Of a stretch of 64,000 bases of DNA, positions 9,955 through 19,760 are shown one piece after another. A model generated the notes under the pieces. The model saw only the letters and a program-made list of their open reading frames with translations. It did not search any database and was not told where the DNA came from. Numbering within the stretch: position 1 is the first letter of the stretch; each line of letters opens with the position of its first letter. This DNA comes from an uncultured Chloroflexia bacterium (lineage in GTDB: Bacteria > Chloroflexota > Limnocylindria > Limnocylindrales > CSP1-4): positions 338,054-402,053 of the forward strand of contig CAVQKK010000001.1 of the NCBI GenBank assembly GCA_963713095.1, written 5' to 3'. Both the position numbers and the translations under genes were made by a program.

Positions 9955-12243
9955 ATGGCCGAGCCCGTCGTCCGCGACCCGGAGATCCCGCTCCCGACGC
10001 CAGCGGAGCAAGGGACCGGGGGCCGCCGCGGGCCGCGCCGGGCACCAGCCACACGGCCGGCCAGGACACCGGCGGCCCGTCGACCCGCGCGCCGGTCGCC
10101 CTGGGACCTCGATGCCCTGCGCACCACCCTGATGAACACGCTGCGGGCGCAGCACCCGCAGGCCGATCTGTCCATCGTCGAGCGCGCGTTCGACCTCGCC
10201 GTGGAGGCGCATGCCAACCAGGTCCGAGCCTCGGGGGAGCCGTACGTCACCCACCCGATCGCCTCGGCGCAGATCCTGTCCGAGCTCGTCATCGACCCGG
10301 TCGCCATCGCCGCGGCCCTGCTCCACGACGTGCCCGAGGACACCGAGTACAGCCTGGCCGATGTCGAGGAGGGCTTCGGGCCCGAGATCGCGCATCTCGT
10401 CGACGGCGTCACGAAGCTGTCCAAGTTCAGCACCCACAGCCACGAGCAGCAACAGGCCGAGAACATCCGGAAGATGTTCCTGGCCATGGCGGACGACATC
10501 CGGGTCGTCCTGATCAAGCTCGCCGATCGCCTCCACAACATGCGCACGCTCGGCGCGCTGCCACCCGAGAAGCAGCTCCGGATCGCCCGCCAGACGATGG
10601 AGATCTACGCGCCGCTTGCCGAGCGGCTGGGCATCTGGCAGATCAAGTGGGAGCTTGAGGACCTCGCCTTCAAGACCCTCGAGCCCGACGCGTACCGGCA
10701 GCTGGCCCGCCAGCTGGACACCCGCCGGCGAGGTCGCGAGCGGTACATCGAGCGGGCGATCGACGAGCTTCGACCGCGCCTCGAGGCGGCCGGGATCGAG
10801 GCCGAGCTCCAGGGGCGCCCGAAGCACATCGCCAGCATCTGGAAGAAGATGCAGCGCAAGGGCGCCGGCTTCGGCGAGATCTACGACGTGTACGCGATCC
10901 GCCTGCTGGTTCACGAGGTCCGCGACTGCTACGCGGCGCTGGGCATCGTCCACGCCCTGTGGCGCCCGATCCCCGGCCAGTTCGACGACTACATCGCGGT
11001 GCCCAAGAACAACCTCTACCAGTCGCTGCACACGGCGGTCATGGCGCTCGACGGCAAGCCGCTCGAGATCCAGATCCGGACGCACGCGATGCACCAGGTC
11101 TCGGAGGTGGGCATCGCTGCCCACTGGCGGTACAAGGAGGGGTCGAAGGCCGAGCGCGACTACGATGCCAAGCTCGCCTGGCTGCGCCAGCTCATGGACT
11201 GGCAGCGCGACGTGTCCGATGCGACCGAGTTCGTCGAGGGCATCAAGCTCGACATCTTCCAGGACCAGGTGTTCGTGTTCACGCCGCGCGGCGACATCAA
11301 GGATCTGCCGGCGGGCGCCACGCCGCTCGACTTCGCCTATCGCATCCACACCGACATCGGCCACCGCACCATCGGCGCCAAGGTCAACAACCGGCTGGTG
11401 CCGCTCGACTACCGGCTCAAGAACGGCGACATCGTCGAGATCGTGACCACCAAGGGCGAGCACGGTCCGTCACGCGACTGGCTGAACCTGGTCCGGACCA
11501 GCCACGCCCGCGAGAAGATCCGGCAATGGTTCAAGAAGAAGGACCGGGCCGAGAACATCGTCCATGGCCGGGAGTCGCTCGAGCGTGAGCTCCGCCGCCT
11601 CGCCCGGACGAGCGTCCAGGCGGTGGGCCTGGACCGGATCGCCGAGGTCGCGAAGACCTACAGCCACGAGACCGTCGACGACTTCTTCGCGGCCATCGGC
11701 TACGGCGCCATCTCTGCCCAGCAGGTCGTCATGCGCCTGGGCGTGCTCGATGACGGCGAGATCACGCTGCCGACCATCGCTCCGCCCCAGCCGGCCCGGT
11801 CCGGCGGCGTGCGGGTCAAGGGCGTCGGTGACCTTCTGGTCCGGTTCGCGAAATGCTGCCACCCGATCCCGGGTGACCCGATCCAGGGGTTCATCACCCG
11901 GGGCAAGGGGATCACCGTCCACCTGCGCTCCTGCCCCACCGTCCTCAACGAGCGCGAGGTGAGCCGGCTGATCGACGTCGAGTGGGAGTCGGCCGCCACC
12001 CAGACCTACCCGATCGCGATCCGCGTGGAGGCCTACGACCGGACGGGGCTGCTGTCCGACATCACCCAGGTCATGGCCGAGAACAAGGTCAACATCCTGG
12101 CCGCCAACGTCGGGGTCAACCCGGATCACACCGCGGTGGTGACGATGACCCTCCAGGTGGCGTCGGTTGCGCAGCTGGCCAAGGTCATGATCCGCGTGGA
12201 GCAGCTCAAGGACGTGCTCAGCGTCCAGCGCGACCTGAGCTGA
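9955..12243 (+). CDS. relA: Bifunctional (p)ppGpp synthetase/hydrolase (long RSH, Rel)
   Basis: Intact HD motif LLHDVPEDT, GRPKH/YQSLHT/EIQIRT synthetase, TGS (DFAYRIHT), KCCHP zinc region, C-terminal ACT. Confidence 0.96.
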   Translation: MAEPVVRDPEIPLPTPAEQGTGGRRGPRRAPATRPARTPAARRPARRSPWDLDALRTTLMNTLRAQHPQADLSIVERAFDLAVEAHANQVRASGEPYVTHPIASAQILSELVIDPVAIAAALLHDVPEDTEYSLADVEEGFGPEIAHLVDGVTKLSKFSTHSHEQQQAENIRKMFLAMADDIRVVLIKLADRLHNMRTLGALPPEKQLRIARQTMEIYAPLAERLGIWQIKWELEDLAFKTLEPDAYRQLARQLDTRRRGRERYIERAIDELRPRLEAAGIEAELQGRPKHIASIWKKMQRKGAGFGEIYDVYAIRLLVHEVRDCYAALGIVHALWRPIPGQFDDYIAVPKNNLYQSLHTAVMALDGKPLEIQIRTHAMHQVSEVGIAAHWRYKEGSKAERDYDAKLAWLRQLMDWQRDVSDATEFVEGIKLDIFQDQVFVFTPRGDIKDLPAGATPLDFAYRIHTDIGHRTIGAKVNNRLVPLDYRLKNGDIVEIVTTKGEHGPSRDWLNLVRTSHAREKIRQWFKKKDRAENIVHGRESLERELRRLARTSVQAVGLDRIAEVAKTYSHETVDDFFAAIGYGAISAQQVVMRLGVLDDGEITLPTIAPPQPARSGGVRVKGVGDLLVRFAKCCHPIPGDPIQGFITRGKGITVHLRSCPTVLNEREVSRLIDVEWESAATQTYPIAIRVEAYDRTGLLSDITQVMAENKVNILAANVGVNPDHTAVVTMTLQVASVAQLAKVMIRVEQLKDVLSVQRDLS

Positions 12244-13588
12244 CGGGCTCGACGACGGCATGGGTCGCGACGGGCCGGGCCGCCGCCGGTGCCAGGGTGC
12301 CCAGCTCGGTCGCGACCGCGGCTCGCCCGGCGCGGCTGCGTAGCCACACGATGCCGGCCGCGCCGACCGCGGCGCACGCGACGCCGCCGGCGACCAGCGA
12401 GACGCTGACGCCGAAACGGGATGCGATGCCACCCATCAGCAGGCCGCCCACCGGCGTCGAGCCCGCGAACACCGTGACGTAGACGCTCATCACCCGACCG
12501 CGGAGCTGGTCGGGGACAACGAGCTGGATCGTGGTATTGGCGGTGGCGGCCATCGAGATCGCGCCGAAGCCGACGAAGAACATCAGGACCAGGCTGAGCG
12601 GGAAGCTGCCGGCCGCGGCGATCGCGATCTCGCCCGCGCCAACCACGACGCCCCCGATCACGATGAGGCTGGGCCGGGCTCGCCGCGAGAAGGCGATCAC
12701 GAGCGCCGCCGTGAGCGAGCCGACCCCGGATGCCGCCATCAGGAACCCGTAGGCGCTGGCGTCGGCGCGGAGGACGTCCTGGACGAAGGCAGGGAAGATC
12801 ACCGGGAAGTTCATGCCGAACGTCGCCACCAGCCCGACGCCGGCGACCGCGAGCAGGACCAGCGGCGTCGCGCGGACGTAGCGCAGGCCCTCGCGGACCC
12901 CCTCGACGACCTCGGCCACCGAGCCCGGTCGCGCCATGACCGGCGGTGAGCGGAGCTCCGACTCCCGCATCGCGAACAGGGCGGCGATGACCGCGATGAA
13001 GCTGATCGCATCGATCAGGAACGCGGTCGAGATGCCAAGCGCCCCGATCACCAATCCCGCCACGGCGGGACCGACGATGCGGGCGCCGTTGAACATCGCG
13101 GAGTTGAGCGCCACGGCGTTGGCGATGTCCTCGCGGCCGACCATCTCCACCGAGAAGGCCTGACGGGTGGGCATGTCGAACACGTTCGTCAGGCCGCCGA
13201 GCAGCGCGAGCAGCACGACCTGCCAGACCTCGACCGCCCCGCTGGCGACGAGCGCGAACATGGTGAACGACAGCGCCATCTTGACCGTCTGGGTGCCGAT
13301 CAACGTGCGGCGCTTGGGAAGCGAGTCCGCGATCAGCCCGCCGAACAGGCCGAGCATCATGACCGGCAGGAACTGGGCCGCCGCGACGACGCCCAGCATG
13401 AACGGGTCGCCCGTCAGCTGGAGCACCAGCCAGCTCTGGGCCACCGTCTGCATCCAGGTCCCGATGAGGGACACCAGCTGACCGCCGAAGAACAGCCGGT
13501 AGTTGCGATGGCGGAACGCCCGCGCGCCGTCGGCGAGGGCGAGGCCGGTGGCGGCGATCGGCAGGCGGCGCCCGGGTCCGATCGTCAT
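12218..13588 (-). CDS. MFS transporter (DHA3/enterobactin-exporter-like)
   Basis: RHRNYRLFFGGQLVSLIGTWMQ, DMPTRQAF, NSAMFNGARIVGP; about 12 TM segments. Confidence 0.92.
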   Translation of the reverse strand: MTIGPGRRLPIAATGLALADGARAFRHRNYRLFFGGQLVSLIGTWMQTVAQSWLVLQLTGDPFMLGVVAAAQFLPVMMLGLFGGLIADSLPKRRTLIGTQTVKMALSFTMFALVASGAVEVWQVVLLALLGGLTNVFDMPTRQAFSVEMVGREDIANAVALNSAMFNGARIVGPAVAGLVIGALGISTAFLIDAISFIAVIAALFAMRESELRSPPVMARPGSVAEVVEGVREGLRYVRATPLVLLAVAGVGLVATFGMNFPVIFPAFVQDVLRADASAYGFLMAASGVGSLTAALVIAFSRRARPSLIVIGGVVVGAGEIAIAAAGSFPLSLVLMFFVGFGAISMAATANTTIQLVVPDQLRGRVMSVYVTVFAGSTPVGGLLMGGIASRFGVSVSLVAGGVACAAVGAAGIVWLRSRAGRAAVATELGTLAPAAARPVATHAVVEPVSSGRAGR

Positions 13589-13608
13589 CGGTGCGCGCCG
13601 ATCGTCAT
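13585..13608 (-). CDS. Putative 7-aa bridging micro-ORF MTIGAHR
   Basis: ATG overlaps the merR stop (ATGA) and its TGA overlaps the MFS ATG (ATGA). Confidence 0.35.
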   Translation of the reverse strand: MTIGAHR

Positions 13609-14096
13609 CCTCGCGCTCCGCGTCCGGCGCCGGCCCGTGCCCGGTGCTCGGGCTCCGCGTCGAGCGCGTCGAGGTGCTCGGCGAGGTGGGCGCGGCGGCC
13701 CGCCGCCTCGGCGATCATCGACGTCAGCCGCTCCACCTTGTGCTCCAGCGTGGCGATCTGGCGATCGACGCGCGCGATCGCATCGGTCAGGATCGCGCCT
13801 CGCTCGACCGCGTCGGTGCTGGTCCGGAACTGCGCCTTGTTGCGGGTCCGGGCGACCTCGTCCTCGAGCAGCTGCCCGATCTCCGCCAGCGAGAACCCCG
13901 CATCGTCGCGCAGCCCGCGGATGAACCGCAGCCGCTCGAGGTCCTCGGCGTCGTACAGGCGGTACGCGCCCTCGGAGCGGGCCGCCGGCTCGAGCAGCCC
14001 CAGCTCCTCGTAGTAGCGGATCGCGCGCGGCGTCAGGCCGGTCTCGGCGGCGACCTCGTGGATCCGGAGCAGGCCGCGTCGGGCGTCCTGGGCCAC
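13605..14096 (-). CDS. MerR-family transcriptional regulator
   Basis: LRIHEVAAETGLTPRAIRYYEELGLL HTH, RLYDAEDL, GFSLAEI, coiled coil; alternative leaderless GTG start at 14120. Confidence 0.92.
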   Translation of the reverse strand: MAQDARRGLLRIHEVAAETGLTPRAIRYYEELGLLEPAARSEGAYRLYDAEDLERLRFIRGLRDDAGFSLAEIGQLLEDEVARTRNKAQFRTSTDAVERGAILTDAIARVDRQIATLEHKVERLTSMIAEAAGRRAHLAEHLDALDAEPEHRARAGAGRGARG

Positions 14097-14126
14097 GGTC
14101 GAATCGCCCTTTCTCGTCACGCATCG

Positions 14127-14161
14127 AGTGTAGCCAACATTACCGCGCGCGTAAACGTTGG
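14127..14161 (-). promoter_or_regulatory. merR promoter (-35 TTTACG, 17 nt, -10 TACACT) overlapped by an imperfect palindrome, probable operator
   Basis: CCAACATTACCGCGCGCGTAAACGTTGG at 14134-14161; AT-richer than surroundings. Confidence 0.65.
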
Positions 14162-14235
14162 GTCCGTCGGCAGGCGGCCGCGGGCGCGGCGAACGCGGCC
14201 CGGGGGTGACCGTGGGCCGGATAGACTTCGGGTCG

Positions 14236-15522
14236 ATGGCGACCCTTCGCGCCCCCCGGGGCACTCGTGACCTGCTGCCCGATGAGCGCGCGCTGTTCGA
14301 GCACCTGATGCGGACGGGGGCGGATCTGGCCACCCGCTATGGCTACCAGCGGATCGAGACGCCGATGTTCGAGCAGGCGGCGGTGTTCGAGCGTGGCATC
14401 GGCGAGGTGACCGACGTCGTCGAGAAGGAGCTGTTCCGGATCGCACCGCGGAACGAGGAGTCCGAGTCGTGGGCGCTCCGGCCGGAGCCCACCGCCGGCA
14501 TGGTTCGTGCCTACGTGCAGCACGGGATGCAGACCTGGCCGCAGCCGGTCAAGCTCACGATGACCGGTCCGATGTTCCGCTACGACCGCCCGCAGGCCGG
14601 ACGGTACCGTCAGTTCTGGCAGTTCGACGTGGAGGCGATCGGGGATCCGGGGCCGGCGGTGGATGCCGAGATCATCGAGCTCGGCCTGCGCTTCTATCGG
14701 GACGCCGGCGTCGTCGGCGTCGAGGTGCTGGTCAACTCGATCGGAGACATCGAGTGCCGGCCGGCCTACACCGAGGCGCTGACGCTGTACTACCGGCGTC
14801 ACGCGCCCGCGCTACCACCGACCGAGCGCGACCGTCTCGAGCGGAACGTGCTCCGGTTGCTCGATTCCAAGGATCCGGCGATGGCCGAGCTCAACGAGAC
14901 CGCGCCGCGCATCACCGATCATCTGTGCGATGCGTGCGCGGCGCATTTCGAAGCGGTGAAGGCGCATCTGACCGCGGTCGGTGTGCCTTTCCGGGTCGAG
15001 TCCGCGATCGTGCGCGGTCTCGACTACTACACCCGGACCGCATTCGAGTTCTACGTCGCCGGCCGCGAGGGTCAGCAGCAGGCACTGGGTGGAGGTGGCC
15101 GGTATGACGGCCTGGTGCAGCTGCTCGGTGGGCGCCCCACGCCTGGGATCGGCTTCGGGCTGGGCCTCGACCGGGTCGCCCTGGTGCTGGCGGAGCAGGG
15201 GAGCGTCGCGAGCAGGGAGACGGGCCCGCTGGCGGTGGTTGTGGGAGCCGACCCGCTCGACACCGTAACCCGTCTGCGGATCGCCACCGAGCTCCGGACA
15301 GCCGGCCTCCGCGTGCGGGCCGACCTCGGCCGTCGCAAGCTCGGTCGGCAGCTCGAGGCGGCCGGGCGCGAAGGCGCCCACTTCGCGGTGATCCTCGGCG
15401 ACGAGCTGTCCGCGGGTCAGGTCCAGGTACGTGACCTGCTGGCCGGGACGCAGCGGATCGTCGCGACCGACGACCTCGCCCGGGAGCTGGCGCGGGCCGA
15501 GGCCAGCCACCGTCACGGCTGA
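14236..15522 (+). CDS. hisS: Histidine--tRNA ligase
   Basis: PRGTRD, LRPEPTA, FRYDRPQAGRYRQF, VRGLDYYT, GGGRYD; TAGACT 8 nt upstream. Confidence 0.97.
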   Translation: MATLRAPRGTRDLLPDERALFEHLMRTGADLATRYGYQRIETPMFEQAAVFERGIGEVTDVVEKELFRIAPRNEESESWALRPEPTAGMVRAYVQHGMQTWPQPVKLTMTGPMFRYDRPQAGRYRQFWQFDVEAIGDPGPAVDAEIIELGLRFYRDAGVVGVEVLVNSIGDIECRPAYTEALTLYYRRHAPALPPTERDRLERNVLRLLDSKDPAMAELNETAPRITDHLCDACAAHFEAVKAHLTAVGVPFRVESAIVRGLDYYTRTAFEFYVAGREGQQQALGGGGRYDGLVQLLGGRPTPGIGFGLGLDRVALVLAEQGSVASRETGPLAVVVGADPLDTVTRLRIATELRTAGLRVRADLGRRKLGRQLEAAGREGAHFAVILGDELSAGQVQVRDLLAGTQRIVATDDLARELARAEASHRHG

Positions 15523-15663
15523 CGATCCACGCGGGGAGGGGAGACGGCCCGTCGCGCTCCGCTCGTCGCGCCGTCGGGGCTCGCGGTGACCGCGCGACCC
15601 GGACGGCCTGCACTACGATGGGCACACCACCGCCCACTCGAATCCATCCGGAGTCAACCGACC

Positions 15664-17532
15664 GTGCCCGCCGACACTGCCAGCCTCGCCACGTCGTACC
15701 GCACCCATACCTGCGGAGCGCTGCGCGCCGACGACGCCGGCCAGCCCGCCAGGCTCGCCGGCTGGGTCCACCGCCGGCGCGACTACGGCAAGCTGATCTT
15801 CATCGACCTCCGCGACCGCCACGGGATTACCCAGGTCGTCGTCGATGCCGCTGACGCTCCGGAAGCGCACGAGATCGCCAACCGTGCACGCTCCGAGTTC
15901 GTGATCGCGGTCGAGGGCGAGGTGGCGAGGCGCCAGCCGGGCACCGAGAACGCGAAGCTGGTGACGGGTGCCGTCGAGCTCCAGGCACGCACCGTGCGCA
16001 TCCTCAACGAGGCAAAGACGCCGCCCTTCTACATCAACGACCCCGACGCCCCGATCGACGAGAGCCTGCGGCTCAAGTACCGCTACCTCGACATCCGGCG
16101 TGACGCGATGCAACAGCGCCTGCTCCTTCGCAGCCGCCTGGTGCAGGCGATCCGGGAGGTCCACCACGCGAACGGGTTCGTGGAGGTCGAGACCCCCAAC
16201 CTGATCAAGAGCACCCCCGAGGGCGCGCGCGACTTCATCGTCCCATCGCGGCTCCAGCCGGGAACCGTCTACGCGCTGCCCCAGAGCCCGCAGCAGCTCA
16301 AGCAGCTGCTGATGGTGGGTGGCATCGACCGCTACTTCCAGATCGCGCGCTGCTTCCGCGACGAGGACCTGCGGGGCGACCGGCAGCCGGAGTTCACGCA
16401 GCTGGACCTCGAGATGAGCTTCGTGGACGAGGCGGCGGTCATGGGCTTCATCGAGCACATGGCGATCGAGGTGTCACGGGCGACGGTCCCCGACCGGCCG
16501 ATCCGGGAGGTTCCGTTCCCGCGGTTCACCTACGACGAGGCGATGGAGCGGTTCGGGTCCGACAAGCCGGACCTCCGGTTCGCGATGGAGCTGTTCGACG
16601 CAGCCCCGGCGCTCGCCGGCGACGATGGAGCGCCGAGCTCGGGCTTTCGGGTGTTCGACGAGACGCTCGCCTCGGGCGGTCGGGTCAAGGGGATCACGGT
16701 CCCCGGCATGGGCTCGGCGTCGCGGCGCGAGGTCGACGAGCTGACCGAGCTCGCGAAGCGGTTCGGCGCCCGGGGCCTCGTCCATCTCTCAGTGGTCGCG
16801 GGGGGCGAGCTGCACGGACCCATCGCCAAGTTCCTCGACACGCCCACGGCCGAGGCCCTGCGCTCGCTCGCGAACGCCGCCGAGGGCGACCTGATCCTGC
16901 TCGTGGCGGACGGCGGCGAGGTCGTCAACGACGTGCTTGGCCGGCTTCGCGTGGAGCTGGGTGGCAGGCTCGGCCTGGCCGACCCCGACGAGCTCGCCTA
17001 TTGCTGGGTCTACCGGTTCCCGATGTACCAGTGGGACGAGGAGCATCGGCGCTGGGACGCGACCCACAACCCCTTCAGCGGCGTCGTGCCCGAGGACGAG
17101 GCGCTGCTCACGACGGTCTCCGGCGATCTCGACGTGCGGTCACCCGAGGATCCCGCCGGGCGAGCGCGCGCCATGCAGTACGACATCGCGCTCAATGGCT
17201 GGGAGCTCGGCGGCGGCTCGGTCCGGATCTGGCAGCACGACCTGCTCGCCAGGAGCTTCAATCTCCAGGGCTACTCGATCGACCAGATGCGCGAGCGATT
17301 CGGCGCGATGCTGGAGGCGTTCGAGTACGGGGCGCCACCGCACGGCGGGATCGCGCTCGGGATCGATCGCTGGGCCGCGCTGTTCAGCTATCAGACGAAC
17401 ATCCGCGAGGTGATGGCGTTCCCCAAGACCCAGTCGGGCTCCGACCTCATGCTCGAGGCGCCGTCGGCGCCCGATGATGAGCAGCTGTCCGAGCTCGGCC
17501 TGCGGTACGTGGGCGGCCCGGCCGGAAGCTGA
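15664..17532 (+). CDS. aspS: Aspartate--tRNA ligase
   Basis: YRTHTCG, STPEGARDF, LPQSPQ, FRDEDLRGDRQPEF, GAPPHGGIALGIDR; GTG start with GGAG upstream. Confidence 0.97.
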   Translation: MPADTASLATSYRTHTCGALRADDAGQPARLAGWVHRRRDYGKLIFIDLRDRHGITQVVVDAADAPEAHEIANRARSEFVIAVEGEVARRQPGTENAKLVTGAVELQARTVRILNEAKTPPFYINDPDAPIDESLRLKYRYLDIRRDAMQQRLLLRSRLVQAIREVHHANGFVEVETPNLIKSTPEGARDFIVPSRLQPGTVYALPQSPQQLKQLLMVGGIDRYFQIARCFRDEDLRGDRQPEFTQLDLEMSFVDEAAVMGFIEHMAIEVSRATVPDRPIREVPFPRFTYDEAMERFGSDKPDLRFAMELFDAAPALAGDDGAPSSGFRVFDETLASGGRVKGITVPGMGSASRREVDELTELAKRFGARGLVHLSVVAGGELHGPIAKFLDTPTAEALRSLANAAEGDLILLVADGGEVVNDVLGRLRVELGGRLGLADPDELAYCWVYRFPMYQWDEEHRRWDATHNPFSGVVPEDEALLTTVSGDLDVRSPEDPAGRARAMQYDIALNGWELGGGSVRIWQHDLLARSFNLQGYSIDQMRERFGAMLEAFEYGAPPHGGIALGIDRWAALFSYQTNIREVMAFPKTQSGSDLMLEAPSAPDDEQLSELGLRYVGGPAGS

Positions 17533-17601
17533 TCCGGCCCCTGCACGGATAGCGGACTCGAGCCAGGAACCCGTGCGCCTCCTCGTTCCCGGTCCCCGGC
17601 G

Positions 17602-18522
17602 ATGAGCCTGTTCGCGACCCTTGCCGCCCGGCCGAGGGCGGCGGCGATCCTCGGCGCGCTGGCGATCGCGTTCTCGGGGATCCTCTATCGCGAGTCCGCC
17701 GTCTCGCCCTCGACCGGTGTCTTGTTCCGGTGCCTGTATGGGCTGCCGATCCTCGTGCTGGTCGGTGTCGGCGAGTGGCGCTCGCTGGGCCCGATGTCGC
17801 GTCGCGCGGTCGGGATCTCGACGCTGGCCGGGGTCTTCTTCGCGGTCGATCTGATCACGTATCACTACGCGGTCGACGTGATCGGGGCGGGCCTGGGCAC
17901 GGTCATGGGCAACGTCCAGGTGGTGATCGTGGCGCTCGCCGCCTGGGCCCTGTTCGGCGAGCGTCCGCGTTCCGAGGTCCTGGTGGCAATGCCGGTCGTG
18001 CTGGCCGGTGTGGTGCTGATCTCGGGCGTGATCGGGACCGACGCCTACGGAGCCAACCCCCAGCTGGGCGTGGCGATCGGGCTGGTGACCGCGGCATCGT
18101 ACGCGGGCTATCTGCTGGTCATCCGGCAAGCCAGCCCGGACCAGCGTCCGGCCGGCCCGGTGGCGATCGCCACGGCGCTGACGGCCGTCGCGGCGCTGGG
18201 GTTCGGAACAGCGATCGGCGATCTCGACCTCGTGCCGTCGCTGCCCGCGCACGCCTACCTGATCGCCCTGGGCATCCTGTCGCAATCGGTCGGTTACCTG
18301 CTCATCCAGTCGTCGCTGCCGCGGCTGCCGGCGGTGATCACGTCCGTCCTGTTGCTGATCCAGCCGGTAGCGACGGTGCTGCTGGGAGCCGTCCTGCTGG
18401 GTGAGGCTCCGTCCGCGTGGCAGCTCGGCGGTGTGGCCTTCGTCGTGGGCGGGATCGCGCTCGCCACGGGGGTGGGGAGGAGGGTCCAGGTGGCCCTGAT
18501 GACCCGGTCGGCGAGCTCGTAA
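17602..18522 (+). CDS. DMT/EamA-family transporter
   Basis: About 10 TM segments in two EamA-like halves (LFGERP, LLIQPV, LLGEAP). Confidence 0.88.
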   Translation: MSLFATLAARPRAAAILGALAIAFSGILYRESAVSPSTGVLFRCLYGLPILVLVGVGEWRSLGPMSRRAVGISTLAGVFFAVDLITYHYAVDVIGAGLGTVMGNVQVVIVALAAWALFGERPRSEVLVAMPVVLAGVVLISGVIGTDAYGANPQLGVAIGLVTAASYAGYLLVIRQASPDQRPAGPVAIATALTAVAALGFGTAIGDLDLVPSLPAHAYLIALGILSQSVGYLLIQSSLPRLPAVITSVLLLIQPVATVLLGAVLLGEAPSAWQLGGVAFVVGGIALATGVGRRVQVALMTRSASS

Positions 18523-18594
18523 CGTCCCCGGACGCGAGGGTTTGCGGGGCCCCGGGCACCTGTCTCGGCAGCCGGTGATGCAGTGGGGGGATCG

Positions 18595-19683
18595 ATGACG
18601 GACAGCCCTGGCGGGACGGCCGGCCAGCTCGCCGGTGACGGTCCGGCGCGCTCGCGTCCGATGGCGACCTTCACGGCCCCCACGACACCGGATCCGTGGG
18701 CGACCTTCGACCGCTGGGCGCGAAACCTGTTCCTCGCCCTCGCCCTGGTGGCCTTCGTCGTGTGGCTGACCCTGATCGGGACCGCGAACCAGCTGGGGGC
18801 CGTGACGCTGGCCTCCGGATGGACGATCGATGTCGGGGTGGCGTTCGCGGTCAGCGCGCTCCTCGGCGCGCTGGCCATCCTGGCGCTCGCGTGGCTCGCC
18901 GCGGGGCTCGACCGCGGACTGCCATGGGCGCGGCCCGCCGCCGGCAACGCGCTGGTGATCCTGGTCGTGGTTGGCCTGATCGGGGTCGTCCTCGATTTCG
19001 CCGCCAGCCGGCTGACGATCCCGCTGGCGGCGATCGGGGCGCTCGCTGTGATCTCGAAGCGGCCGGCCCGGCCGCGGGCCGTCCACGGCCGCGACGCCGC
19101 GATGGCGGGCCTTCTCACGAGCGCGATCCTGTTGACCGCGCTGCTCGGTACGGCGTCGAGCTGGACGGCGGCATCCGGCAGGCCGTTGTTCGCGGCGTCA
19201 CCGGATGCCCTCGACCTCGGGATCGCGGCCGACTGCCAGGCTGCGCCGGCTTCGGCCGGGGACACCATCACGGTCACGGTCACCTGGCGCTGGCGCTCGC
19301 GCGACGGCCTGGTGCTGCAGCCCGATGCCGTGCGGATCGCGTGGTACGAGGGTGTGACGCTGGCGCCCCTGGTTGCCGATCTTCCGCCGGGGGTCTCGCG
19401 GTACGCGGACACCCCGGCAACCGAGCGGCTGAGCGGGCCGGATGAGCTTGACGCCTCCTCGGGCCTGGGCATGTTCGGCGCGTGGATGGCGCCGCCAGGC
19501 ATCGTCTACGCCATCGATCCCGGGTCGCCGGTCAGCTCGGATGGGAGCCTCACGCAGGCGTTTCAGGTCCTCAGCCGGGGTGACGGTGTGGCTGCCGACA
19601 TCGCGGTAACGTTCGCCCACGGCTCGGTGTGGACGAAGGCCGAGGCCATCAGCTGCACGCTGCCCGGAGTCGCCCAGGATTGA
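18595..19683 (+). CDS. Hypothetical membrane protein (about 5 N-terminal TM helices, C-terminal soluble beta domain with two Cys)
   Basis: GC-rich codon pattern and hydrophobicity profile; no family recognised. Confidence 0.6.
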   Translation: MTDSPGGTAGQLAGDGPARSRPMATFTAPTTPDPWATFDRWARNLFLALALVAFVVWLTLIGTANQLGAVTLASGWTIDVGVAFAVSALLGALAILALAWLAAGLDRGLPWARPAAGNALVILVVVGLIGVVLDFAASRLTIPLAAIGALAVISKRPARPRAVHGRDAAMAGLLTSAILLTALLGTASSWTAASGRPLFAASPDALDLGIAADCQAAPASAGDTITVTVTWRWRSRDGLVLQPDAVRIAWYEGVTLAPLVADLPPGVSRYADTPATERLSGPDELDASSGLGMFGAWMAPPGIVYAIDPGSPVSSDGSLTQAFQVLSRGDGVAADIAVTFAHGSVWTKAEAISCTLPGVAQD

Positions 19684-19760
19684 AGCGGCCGCCACAGCCG
19701 CCGAGGACCGTTGCGTGCGGCTTCTGCGGCCGTCCGCCCGAGCGAGGACGGTCGCGACGC

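Noticed and set aside
12218-12243. 26-bp convergent 3' overlap of rel and the MFS gene
   Set aside because: Short tail-to-tail overlaps are common in GC-rich genomes; no further evidence of antisense regulation
15523-15663. T-box or riboswitch upstream of aspS, hisS or alaS
   Set aside because: No T-box consensus or terminator/antiterminator visible; hisS and alaS look leaderless
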